From: Candidatus Bathyarchaeota archaeon
Lineage (GTDB): Archaea; Thermoproteota; Bathyarchaeia; Bathyarchaeales; Bathycorpusculaceae
Length of the DNA: 64,000 nt
NCBI GenBank assembly: GCA_963715865.1
Contig: OY970280.1
Coordinates: forward strand, 1,472,001 to 1,536,000
Reading direction: 5' to 3'
The translations under genes and the position numbers were made by a program. This document shows positions 10,005 through 19,336 of this stretch, in pieces. The stretch's first letter is position 1. Each line of letters starts with the position of its first letter. The notes under the pieces were generated by a model. It was given only the letters and a program-made list of their open reading frames with translations. It made no database searches and was not told the DNA's origin.

Positions 10005-10241
10005 TTACTTTTTGAATATAGAAAGGAAACTATTGTTACGCTTGCTTGGCAGTTCGATTTCTTTAGGGGTGATAAACATCTTAAAAGCTTCTGGAATACT
10101 TTCTTTGAATTTTGCGTTAATTATAAAATGCCCTTGGCAAGAGGTTAAGTCGGTTACTTCAAATTTCGTAATTATAATTTCTCCTTTTATTGATGGCTTA
10201 CCTAACAAATAACTTACTGTACTATTTATAGAATCAACCAA
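10005..10241 (-). CDS. Hypothetical protein, 78 aa
   Basis: ORF co-oriented with and just downstream of moaA; no recognised motif. Confidence 0.4.
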   Translation of the reverse strand: MVDSINSTVSYLLGKPSIKGEIIITKFEVTDLTSCQGHFIINAKFKESIPEAFKMFITPKEIELPSKRNNSFLSIFKK

Positions 10242-10284
10242 TGGTAGAACTTAAAATTGGATGTACTGGCCAAGCAATTTTGCG

Positions 10285-11217
10285 TTAACTGCTCTTGTTA
10301 TAGGGCTCTCTAAGCGAATTGGTTTGGAGGAATAGTTGTTTTAGCTGTTCGTCGTTTGCACCTTGGCGTATTGGGGTTAGTATGTCGGTGAGGTTGTCGT
10401 TTCTCATGAGGCACGGTTTCAGTTTCCCGTCGCTTGTGACACGCATTCGTGTGCAATGCATGCAAAAATCGCTGTTCTCAATCGGATGCACCACCTCAAC
10501 TGTCACGTTTGGTAAGTGGTAGATTAAGCGGTTATGCATGAACGGTCTCTTCTCAATCGTAACAGCCTTCCCGCGCAACATATCTTCCTGCTCATCTAAG
10601 CTTCGGTGATGCGTCGAGTAGTAGGCGTTACCGACATTTATGGGGTCAAGCTCTATGAGTTGAAGCACCACGCCAGTTTGCCGCGCGTACTCTATCATGT
10701 CTGGAACGTCGCCCACGTTCACGCCTTTTAGAAGAACCATGTTGAGTTTAACTGGGCAGAAACCAGCTTCAACGGCTGCTTTGACTCCTGCTAATGCGTC
10801 TTCAAGTTTTCCGCCTGCTAACTTGCGATATGTCTCCGCATTTAAAGTGGGCAAACTAATGTTCACACGCTTCAATCCGCCTTCACGTAACTCCTTAGCC
10901 ATGCCTCCGAGCAGGAGACCATTAGTGGTTAACGACAAATCCCTCAAGCCAGGCACCGAAGCTATTCCCGAAATGATTTCAGGAAGGTCTTTGCGCATGA
11001 GCGGTTCTCCGCCTGTCAATTTTACCCGTGAAATGCCTAAGCCGACGGCTATTTTAGCTATGCGCACGATTTCTTCAACTGTCATTTTCTCTGCGGAACG
11101 GTTTGCTCGTTTCACTTCGCCTTCCCTGTGGCAGTATACGCAGCGATTGTTGCACCGCTGGGTAATCGATATCCTCAGGTTAAGCAGGGGTCTGCCGCAA
11201 TTGTCTGTTAAACTCAT
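10285..11217 (-). CDS. moaA: GTP 3',8-cyclase (Mo/W cofactor synthesis)
   Basis: LRISITQRCNNRCVYCH radical SAM motif, TGGEP, C-terminal FCMHCTRMRVTSDGKLKPC cluster. Confidence 0.95.
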   Translation of the reverse strand: MSLTDNCGRPLLNLRISITQRCNNRCVYCHREGEVKRANRSAEKMTVEEIVRIAKIAVGLGISRVKLTGGEPLMRKDLPEIISGIASVPGLRDLSLTTNGLLLGGMAKELREGGLKRVNISLPTLNAETYRKLAGGKLEDALAGVKAAVEAGFCPVKLNMVLLKGVNVGDVPDMIEYARQTGVVLQLIELDPINVGNAYYSTHHRSLDEQEDMLRGKAVTIEKRPFMHNRLIYHLPNVTVEVVHPIENSDFCMHCTRMRVTSDGKLKPCLMRNDNLTDILTPIRQGANDEQLKQLFLQTNSLREPYNKSS

Positions 11218-11220
11218 TCG

Positions 11221-11755
11221 TTATTCCCGCGCGTGCTTAACGATGTGAGGAGCCTCGGGCAAAATAAGCATTTCTACCGCAACTCGCACAGCATCAGGGG
11301 AACCTGGGATACAAAACAACGCTTTGCCCTTAGCCACCCCAGCCGCGGCACGCGACAAAACCGCTGCAGAGCCAACTCGGTCAAAACTTATACGCCTAAA
11401 AAACTCGCCAAAACCAGGCAAGGTTTTCTCAAAGAAGGGCGAAACCGTTTCAATCGTAACATCTGTCGGCGTGATGCCTGTGCCTCCGGAAAAGATGGCA
11501 ACGTCCAAGTCGGGCATGCTCAGTGCCTGCTTAACAGCGTCAGAAATCATTGCTTTATCGTCTGCAATTATTTTTTTGAACAGGACGTTGTGTCCAGCGT
11601 TTCTAAGCAAATCAACTAATGTGTCGCCTGCCAACATCACTAACTGCCGTTTCGCCTTGCTCAACGAGCTTGTACCGTGAAGTGCTGCAGATGTAAATGC
11701 CGAAATTCAATGTTTTAGGCGCCTTAGCCTTATGCGCTTTAGAGCTTTCACTCAT
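11221..11755 (-). CDS. moaB: Molybdenum cofactor biosynthesis protein B, split by a one-base insertion near 11631
   Basis: N-terminus MSESSKAHKAKAPKTLNFGIYICSTSRY from ATG 11755 is in a different frame from the remainder (SGGTG, TPTDVT, PGFGEFFR, PGSP); removing one C of CC at 11631-11632 gives SDVAGDTL. Confidence 0.88.
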
Positions 11756-11762
11756 AACGAAG

Positions 11763-12201
11763 TTACACCTGCTTAAACTTGCGCACAACATGAATATTCT
11801 CAATCGCTGTGGAAGGATACTGTCCAGCAGCGTCTTTTTCATACTGCTTTGTCATGTCCCAAACAGTCAACAGAGCCACGGAAACAGCGGTTAACGCTTC
11901 CATTTCTACTCCGGTCTGCGCTTTAGTCTTAACTGTGGCTGTAGCTTCAACCGTGCCCTTATCAGATACTTTTACGTCTACTTCCACATTTGTTAACGGC
12001 AGCGGGTGGCAAAGAGGAATCAGACTCGCTTGTCTTCTTAGCTGCAAGTACACCAGCAATTTTCGCCGTGTAAAGCGGGTCGCCTTTAGCGATTTTTCCA
12101 GTCTTGATTAAATTAATTGTTTCAGCCTTCAACTTTATAGTTCCAGTTGCGGTTGCTTCCCTGAAAATTTCCGCCTTGCCTGAAACATCAACCATCGCCA
12201 T
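11763..12201 (-). CDS. moaC: Cyclic pyranopterin monophosphate synthase, split by a one-base insertion near 12030
   Basis: MVDVSGK...[12 protein letters not shown] then LIPLCHPL...GVEMEALT...DMTK in another frame; removing one base at 12030-12031 joins them. Confidence 0.9.
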
Positions 12202-12213
12202 ACTTTATTCACC

Positions 12214-12480
12214 TTACTTACTCTGTTCCCACACTTCTATTAGGTTTTGCACAGCTTTAGCTTTCGCTGAGCCCTCGTTAAACCTGTACATTCGAACCCG
12301 ACCGTAAACGCGTTCCTGTAAAATTCCTTCAGCCTCTAAAACCTTCAAGTTCTCAGCAGTCGATGCAAAATTAGCGTTGATTCTGCGAGCAACATCCGTA
12401 ATATTAAGCGAACCTAAATTATAGATAAGTTTTAAGATTTTCATCCGAAGCTTCGATGAAAAAACCTCTTCCAACTCCAT
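12214..12480 (-). CDS. ArsR-like winged-helix protein
   Basis: VFSSKLRMKIL...LNITDVARR...LKVLEAEGIL...GRVRMY; 7 bp downstream of cdc6. Confidence 0.75.
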   Translation of the reverse strand: MELEEVFSSKLRMKILKLIYNLGSLNITDVARRINANFASTAENLKVLEAEGILQERVYGRVRMYRFNEGSAKAKAVQNLIEVWEQSK

Positions 12481-12487
12481 AACTGCT

Positions 12488-13678
12488 TCACGCTCTTCCT
12501 TTTTCTACTTCTAATGAGGCACTTAATTCTTTCTCCAACTCAAACGCTGGAATAGAAGGCAAAGAAACCTGCGTTGACCTCCCACGTACAGTAGAAGTCG
12601 CCACCACAGTCTTCAAAATGCCCAGCGACGAGAGAAACTGGGCATGATTCCACACTTGCGTGTGACTATTCGGTTTCTCACCGAACTCTTCGCAAACAAC
12701 AGCATAAGTCTTCTCAACTTCAGACAATGAAGCGTAAGCCTGCTCATTCTCCTTAAAGTAACGCGCTACCGCAAGCAAAAACAGTTTTTCATGCAAACCA
12801 AGGCCAGCCAACTCACTTCGTCGTAAACCTGGAATAATGCTGGAAACAGCCATCCGCACACATTCAGGCTCAACCAAACCCGCATCTGCTGCATCAGCAT
12901 ATTTCCCAGCCCGCCACAACAACTCTATCCCAAAGCGGGCATTTCCAGTTTCAGTAAAAGCCAACTCCGATATCAGGTCAACAACGTCTTCCTGAACGGT
13001 TCCCAACTCAAACGCCATGGAAACACGGTCACTTAAGATGTCAACAAGCTGAGCATTGCCGTAACATTCTAAACTAATGATGCTGTGCTGAAGAGTGCTT
13101 CTTGCGCTTGCATCCAACTGCTCTATCGCTTTCAAATCACGCAAAATAAAAATAAACGACAACCTTTGCGGCTTGTCTAACCGCATCTCCTGCAAGCGCG
13201 TCAGCTTGTAAACGGCATCTGAGCCTTCCTTTTCAATGAGACTATCAAACTCGTCCAATGCCAGTATCATAAAGGTATTATCTTCATCTAAAACTTGCAT
13301 TAGCGTTGAGAAGACTTCTTCTACAGAATAACCACGAGCTGGATAATTAGGGCGGAAAACGGTGACGACATGATGCAAAATCGGCTGGAGACTACCGCGG
13401 TATTCTCGGCAGTTAACATGCACATAGCGGAATTTTATGGCTCGCTTGTTAGCTTCTGAAGTGATGCTCGCCCCGAAATGTTGGGCAAGAACCGTTTTTC
13501 CAGTGCCCACGTCGCCAGTTATGATAACTCGCTGAGCCATCTTTTCTGGACAGCGAAGAATGAAACTGAAGAATTCCATTAGCAAGCGGTGTTCTTTTTC
13601 TCTGTGAGGCAGCTGTTGCGGAATGTAGTTTATGTCAAGCTTAGCCTCATCTTTGAACACGCTTTGATGCAACGGCAA
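12488..13678 (-). CDS. cdc6: Orc1/Cdc6 family replication initiator
   Basis: YIPQQLPHRE, Walker A GDVGTGKT, HVNC, Walker B LDEFD, GNARFGIELL, C-terminal winged helix. Confidence 0.92.
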   Translation of the reverse strand: MPLHQSVFKDEAKLDINYIPQQLPHREKEHRLLMEFFSFILRCPEKMAQRVIITGDVGTGKTVLAQHFGASITSEANKRAIKFRYVHVNCREYRGSLQPILHHVVTVFRPNYPARGYSVEEVFSTLMQVLDEDNTFMILALDEFDSLIEKEGSDAVYKLTRLQEMRLDKPQRLSFIFILRDLKAIEQLDASARSTLQHSIISLECYGNAQLVDILSDRVSMAFELGTVQEDVVDLISELAFTETGNARFGIELLWRAGKYADAADAGLVEPECVRMAVSSIIPGLRRSELAGLGLHEKLFLLAVARYFKENEQAYASLSEVEKTYAVVCEEFGEKPNSHTQVWNHAQFLSSLGILKTVVATSTVRGRSTQVSLPSIPAFELEKELSASLEVEKGRA

Positions 13679-13749
13679 ATTTTATTCCTCAGCGAATGAA
13701 GATTTTTCTTTTCAATATAACACTATGTTTTGAAACAAAAGCCTAATAA

Positions 13750-14346
13750 ATGCATTCTGCAATCCTTATGTTCCGACACGACATGATACCCAAATGCTTC
13801 TTTCTAACAAAAGGAGTCGGCAAACATAAAGAGCAACTCCAATCTTTTGAATTAGCCCTAAGAGATGCAGGCATACAACAATGCAACTTAGTAAGCGTTT
13901 CAAGCATCGTTCCTCCTGGATGCGAACAACTTCCAAGGGAGAAAGGCTTGAAAATGGTGCAGCCCGGCGAAATCACCTTTGTAGTCATAGCTAGAAACTC
14001 AACCAACGAACCGCACAGGCTTGTCGCATCATCCATCGGCATAGCTATCCCATCAGGCAAAAACCAGTACGGCTACCTCTCAGAACACCACTCGTTTGGG
14101 CAAACTGACGAGGCAGCAGGCGATTACGCTGAGGATTTAGCAGCAACAATGCTTGCAACAACCATGGGCATCCAATTTGACCCTGAAACCGCATGGGACG
14201 AGCGCAAACAACTCTTCAAAACCACGGGGCTAATCATCAAAACAGCCAACATAACCCAGTCAGCAGCAGGAGACAAAAACGGCTTATGGACAACAACCGT
14301 GGCCGCAGCCGTTTTCTGCCGAGAAAACAACAAGCCAAAAGAATAA
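13750..14346 (+). CDS. pdaD: Pyruvoyl-dependent arginine decarboxylase
   Basis: [21 protein letters not shown] (self-cleavage SS), GYLSEHH; start may be 13768 or 13783. Confidence 0.9.
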   Translation: MHSAILMFRHDMIPKCFFLTKGVGKHKEQLQSFELALRDAGIQQCNLVSVSSIVPPGCEQLPREKGLKMVQPGEITFVVIARNSTNEPHRLVASSIGIAIPSGKNQYGYLSEHHSFGQTDEAAGDYAEDLAATMLATTMGIQFDPETAWDERKQLFKTTGLIIKTANITQSAAGDKNGLWTTTVAAAVFCRENNKPKE

Positions 14347-14607
14347 TCTGCGATTTTTTCACTTTTGCCATATAACAACAAAGCTGTTTACAAGCATACA
14401 AAGACTTGTTGAAAAGCCGCTTACCCGAAAGGGACCCCCTCATTTTGCTACTTAAACTACCCAGCTAAATGCTTCCGCTATAGGGTATACTTTTTGATAG
14501 AAAAATTCACTAACAAAAATGACCCTCCCTCGTTTTTTAGACAGCAATTCACTATCAAAAAAGACAACCTTCCACAAAGAATAACTATTTTCCAAAGTTA
14601 TGTTTAG

Positions 14608-15147
14608 CTACTTTTTTAGGTTCTGGTAGCTTTTCATCGCTGACACAACGATTTGTTTAGCTTCTTCAGCGTTTTTCCAGCCCTTAACTTTAGCCCACTT
14701 ATGCGGTTCCAGCCGCTTGTATGTTGCAAAGAATTCTTGAATTTCTGTCAATTGGTGTTTATGAACATCCGTTATGTCCATGTATCCTTCAAATCGCGCG
14801 TCATTTACAAGAACGGAAAGAATCTTCGGGTCAATTCCTTCCTCATCTTCGATGATTAATGCGCCGATTACTCTGACTTTAGCAATCGACCCAACCTCTA
14901 AGGGTTCATAACTAAGCGTCATTATATCCAATGGGTCGCCATCTTGAAACCATGTTTGTGGAACAAAACCGTATTCAACTGGAAAAACTACTGACGAAGG
15001 AATTATGCGGTCTAATACGAAAGCTTCCCAGTCAGACTTGTACTCGTACTTGTCTCTGGAGCCGCTCATCACTTCAATAACCATGTTTAACAGTTCTGGC
15101 GGATTATCGCCCGCTGGAATTTGCTTCCAAAAATTCAATGTTTCCAC
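14608..15147 (-). CDS. ppa: Soluble family I inorganic pyrophosphatase
   Basis: KYEY, DRI, YGFVPQT, DGDPLD, D.KI motifs. Confidence 0.93.
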   Translation of the reverse strand: METLNFWKQIPAGDNPPELLNMVIEVMSGSRDKYEYKSDWEAFVLDRIIPSSVVFPVEYGFVPQTWFQDGDPLDIMTLSYEPLEVGSIAKVRVIGALIIEDEEGIDPKILSVLVNDARFEGYMDITDVHKHQLTEIQEFFATYKRLEPHKWAKVKGWKNAEEAKQIVVSAMKSYQNLKK

Positions 15148-15205
15148 TCCTTCATGGCAAAAGGAACAACTAAAATTTAAGCTTTATTAGAGCATTAAGC
15201 AGGCG

Positions 15206-15994
15206 CTAGGTTTTTTCTTTAAAGAAGGCTTCTAACCGTGAATTCTCTGCTTTCTTTAGCACTTCTGCGCATTTCTTAGGGTCCAGCGCTTTAAACTCCA
15301 AACCCATGGTCACCAGTAACCTTTGCACGTCTTTGCCCAAGCTTGGCGCTACAAGCACTCCGCGTAGTTCACGGTTTGCTTTCTCCTTAACCGCATCGAT
15401 GTACCGTGCAAGCTGCAGCACAGCTTCTTTTCCAGCCGTTTTCCGCTTAACCTCAACAACAACCAATTTTCCATCCTTGTCCACGCCATAAATGTCCACA
15501 AAGCCTGGCTCAACTTTTTTCTCGTAACTAATTGGTTTGAAGCCTTCCTCTAAAAGCGCGGGCTTAAGGAGAATCGCCCGGTGCATGTCTTCTTCGCTTG
15601 CGTAAAGCAGAAACTCGCCTGAATCATTTAGGCTTAACGCTGAAACCACAAGCACGTTACTAAAGGTGACTTTCACGTTTTCTCTTGGCTTCTGCCTGAC
15701 CGCGTGAACTTCAAGACTGTTTTCGTCGGCTTTGACATGGAAGATGCTTCCTGAAGGCTGCCAGTTGACTGGTTCATAGCCGACTGGGCGGTGAACAAGA
15801 AGCGAACCGTCAGCTTTGATGATTAAAATACGTTCGCCAGGCTCAAGAGTTGAGCTTGCCCTGCCAACGTAATGTACGTGGCATGTGCCTGCGATGATGA
15901 GTGTTCTTCTTTGGGCGAAGGCTTTTTCGATTAGCTTGGCGGCTTCCGTAAGTGTTGGTTCTGTTAGAACTGAGAGTTTGTTTGTTGCCTGCAA
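15206..15994 (-). CDS. nucS: Mismatch-specific endonuclease NucS/EndoMS
   Basis: Y.GRASS.L..GERILIIKADGSLLVH, PVNWQP, VDI...VVEVKR, QLARY. Confidence 0.92.
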   Translation of the reverse strand: MQATNKLSVLTEPTLTEAAKLIEKAFAQRRTLIIAGTCHVHYVGRASSTLEPGERILIIKADGSLLVHRPVGYEPVNWQPSGSIFHVKADENSLEVHAVRQKPRENVKVTFSNVLVVSALSLNDSGEFLLYASEEDMHRAILLKPALLEEGFKPISYEKKVEPGFVDIYGVDKDGKLVVVEVKRKTAGKEAVLQLARYIDAVKEKANRELRGVLVAPSLGKDVQRLLVTMGLEFKALDPKKCAEVLKKAENSRLEAFFKEKT

Positions 15995-16201
15995 TTTTGT
16001 TTTCAGCCAAGTACTTTAGTCCGGTCTTGGGTACATAAAACTATTGAAAATGCGCTCTATTGAGCCATTGTTTGCGGCTGCTTCTTATATAATCAATCAG
16101 CCCATGTTAATTTATGCGTAGCATTCATAATCATGACGAAAAGTATTAAATATCCAGTCTGTTAAACGGCAGTATTAAATTTCCGATTCCAAAGAGGAGA
16201 A

Positions 16202-18448
16202 ATGGAGGAAGGGAAAATGGGTGGCGAACTGTTATTTACTGAGCAAATGGGACTTTACGCCGTTATAGGCGTTGCAGTTGCTGCGCTCGTATATGCCGTT
16301 ATACTTGCAAGGCAAGTTTTCAAGGAACCGACTGGCTCGGGCAAAGTAAAAGAAGTCTGGGGCGGCATTAAAGCTGGCGCGAATGCCTATTTGCGAACGC
16401 AGTTAAGGTCAGTAGTGATTTTCATAGGTATCTTGGGCATTTTCCTTTACCTCTCTGCAGCACTCGCAAGCTACCCCTTCTCCATAACAATTGGAAGAGT
16501 TGGAGCGTTTTTATTGGGTTCCTTCTTCTCAGCAATGGTCGGCTACATCGGCATGAACATGGCTGTTCAAGGAAACATACGTGTTTCCGAAGCCGCAAAG
16601 AAAGGTTTTCGCGGAGCCCTTAAAATCGCATACCGCACAGGCACAATCACAGGAATGCTAACAGATGGCTTAGGTCTGCTTGGTGGAACGATAATTTTTC
16701 TGATTTTCTTGCGTAATGCTCCCGAGGTTTTATTGGGTTTTGGATTCGGAGGGACACTGTTAGCGTTGTTCATGCGTGTGGGCGGCGGAATCTACACTAA
16801 AGCCGCAGATGTAGGTGCAGACTTGGTGGGGAAAGTTGAGAAAGGAATCCCAGAGGATGATCCTCGAAACGCCGCGGTAGTGGCTGACCTTGTAGGGGAT
16901 AACGTTGGTGACTGCGCGGGTATGGCAGCAGACATCTTCGAATCCTATGAGGTAACAATGGTTGCTGCTTTGCTATTAGGCTTGGCCATCACGCCGTTTA
17001 ATTTTAAATGGATTGTTTTTCCTCTTCTAGCACGGGGAATAGGCATTATAAGCACGATTGTTGGAACTTACTTGGTTTCTCTTTGGCCTGATAAAATAAC
17101 CAAGGGCGATGCCTTCAAAGCGATGGATCTTTCGTATGACGTTTCAAGCGTGATTTCAACAGCCGGCTTTCTTGCCTTAGCGATATTTTATGTTCAAGAT
17201 ATTCGCGTGTTTATAGCCGTGACCATGGGCATTATTTTAGCCATTAGTTTCAACAAGCTTGCGAATTATTTCACAAGCCCTAACCAAAGCCCCACTACTA
17301 GAGTGGCAGCTTCAACCAAAACTGGAACGGCAACAGCGATTCTGCGTGGTCTTGCATTGGGTTTTGAAAGTACGGTGTGGACTGCCCTTGTAATAGCGCT
17401 TACTATCGTTGTTTCTGTCCTCGTCTTTAGTGGTGCAGGCGTCGTCTTTGCCATGTATGGTGTTGCCCTTGCGGGCATAGGCATGTTAACGCTTACTGGA
17501 AACAACATTGCCATGGACACCTTTGGCCCAATCGCAGATAACGCTAATGGGATAGGTGAAATGGCTGGGCTTGAAGAAGGTCCTCGGCAGATACTGGCTG
17601 ACCTTGACTCGGCAGGCAACACAACAAAAGCCGTAACCAAAGCCATAGCCATAGCCTCAGCAGTTTTAGCTGCCGTGTCACTGTTTGCCGCGTTCACAGA
17701 AGCAGTTCCAGGGTTGAAACTTGACATAGCTGCTGACCCAATGGTTTTTGTGGGTCTCTTGATTGGTGCTGCCCTTCCATTCTTATTCAGCTTCATCTCC
17801 ATCCGAGCGGTAAGTAGAGCAGCGGAAAAAATTATTGAGGAGGTTAGGGAGCAGTTCCGAATTCCAGGTGTAATGGAGGGTAAGCGGCTTCCTGACTACG
17901 CTAGAGTGGTTAAGATTTGCACCTCAGCTGCTCAACGGGAGCTTGCAAGCTTAGCCATAATTGCCATACTTTCGCCGTTGCTGGTTGGGTCGTTGTTGGA
18001 TTCATCTGCGTGGGGTGGCTTCTTGGCGGGGGTCATCTTGACAGGTCAGCTGCTGGCGGTTTTCATGGCAAACTCGGGTGGCGCTTGGGATAATGCGAAG
18101 AAGAAGATTGAAGATGGCTACTATGGTGGCAAGGGTTCGGAAGAGCATAAGGCTTCGGTTCAATGCGACACTGTTGGTGACCCGTTGAAGGATACGGCTG
18201 GTCCATCGTTGAATCCAATGATAAAAGTGATAAACCTGATTTCGCTACTCTTTGCGCCAGTGATATTGAAGCTTAAGAATATGGCAATTTACCAAATTCC
18301 AGGCACTGAAGTAAGAATACCTGTGGTTTCAATGATTGTTTCCGTAATCTTAGCAGTCATCATCGCAGCTGCAATTTTGTACAGCAAAAGAGAAAAATTT
18401 GAAGAACCAGAAAAACCAAACAAGAAAATCAACGAAAAACCAACTTAG
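16202..18448 (+). CDS. hppA: Membrane-integral pyrophosphatase, K+-independent signature
   Basis: GGGIYTKAADVGADLVGKVE, DNVGDCAG, DTFGPIADNA, GNTTKA, GDPLKDTAGP. Confidence 0.95.
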   Translation: MEEGKMGGELLFTEQMGLYAVIGVAVAALVYAVILARQVFKEPTGSGKVKEVWGGIKAGANAYLRTQLRSVVIFIGILGIFLYLSAALASYPFSITIGRVGAFLLGSFFSAMVGYIGMNMAVQGNIRVSEAAKKGFRGALKIAYRTGTITGMLTDGLGLLGGTIIFLIFLRNAPEVLLGFGFGGTLLALFMRVGGGIYTKAADVGADLVGKVEKGIPEDDPRNAAVVADLVGDNVGDCAGMAADIFESYEVTMVAALLLGLAITPFNFKWIVFPLLARGIGIISTIVGTYLVSLWPDKITKGDAFKAMDLSYDVSSVISTAGFLALAIFYVQDIRVFIAVTMGIILAISFNKLANYFTSPNQSPTTRVAASTKTGTATAILRGLALGFESTVWTALVIALTIVVSVLVFSGAGVVFAMYGVALAGIGMLTLTGNNIAMDTFGPIADNANGIGEMAGLEEGPRQILADLDSAGNTTKAVTKAIAIASAVLAAVSLFAAFTEAVPGLKLDIAADPMVFVGLLIGAALPFLFSFISIRAVSRAAEKIIEEVREQFRIPGVMEGKRLPDYARVVKICTSAAQRELASLAIIAILSPLLVGSLLDSSAWGGFLAGVILTGQLLAVFMANSGGAWDNAKKKIEDGYYGGKGSEEHKASVQCDTVGDPLKDTAGPSLNPMIKVINLISLLFAPVILKLKNMAIYQIPGTEVRIPVVSMIVSVILAVIIAAAILYSKREKFEEPEKPNKKINEKPT

Positions 18449-18550
18449 TCATCAAATCTTGGGTGTTGCTCTATTCGCTAATTAGCGATTTTACACCCAA
18501 ATCCTTTAGAAGCTACCTTTCACAAAAAAGGTATCAATAAGTGAATCGCA

Positions 18551-19111
18551 GTGAAAAAGTGGAGCCAGAAACGGTCAGTGATGCGGCGTTATGACTTAAC
18601 CTCGCAGATGTACAATCAACGGTATGCTGAAGAGCAAGAAGCCAAGTACAAAGCTGCCCTTGAAGGCTTGCGCAACAGCGTAAATGTTGATAGCGCTGTT
18701 TTGGATGTTGGATGTGGCACAGGACTCTTTTTCAACCATGTTGCCGCTCAAGCGAATATGGTAGTGGGCGTTGACGTTTCACGCAAACTACTGCTTAAGG
18801 CTAAAGAGCAAGCGGGCGCTTTGCAGAACGTTTCGGTTTTGCAGGCTGATGCTGACTACTTGCCTTTTCGAGACGCGTTTTTTGATGCTGTTTTCGCGTT
18901 TACGGTACTTCAGAACATGCCCAAGCCCTCTAAAACATTAAACGAGTTAAAGCGTGTTGTCAAGCTTGGCGGCAGGGTTGTGGTGACTGGGTTGAAGAAG
19001 GCTTTTCCGCTGGACAAATTCATGGATGTTCTTGAAGGCTCTGGTTTAAGCGTGGTTTCTTTTGTGGATAATGAAGATTTGAAGTGTTATGTTGCTGTGC
19101 TAGCCGCTTAG
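18551..19111 (+). CDS. Class I SAM-dependent methyltransferase
   Basis: VLDVGCGTG, GVDVS, ADADYLPFRDAFFD. Confidence 0.85.
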   Translation: MKKWSQKRSVMRRYDLTSQMYNQRYAEEQEAKYKAALEGLRNSVNVDSAVLDVGCGTGLFFNHVAAQANMVVGVDVSRKLLLKAKEQAGALQNVSVLQADADYLPFRDAFFDAVFAFTVLQNMPKPSKTLNELKRVVKLGGRVVVTGLKKAFPLDKFMDVLEGSGLSVVSFVDNEDLKCYVAVLAA

Positions 19112-19336
19112 CATTTGCGTCCGCTACTGCGCCCCGTGTTTTTTAACATCAAAAAAGCGGTATTAAGCGTGTAAGCGCCAACAAAAAGATAGCTTTCTTT
19201 GCATTAACAAAATAGCATAGCGAAAATGATTCAACCATGCAGGTCATGGGAATAATCAGCACCAACATGTCAAATTGTTTTAATAATACGCTTTTCAATA
19301 GATACGACGCTCCAATGTAGAGGCAAAGAAACCTTA

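Noticed and set aside
13679-13749. Replication origin next to cdc6
   Set aside because: Only about 70 bp of intergenic space, with no ORB-like box or repeated motif recognised
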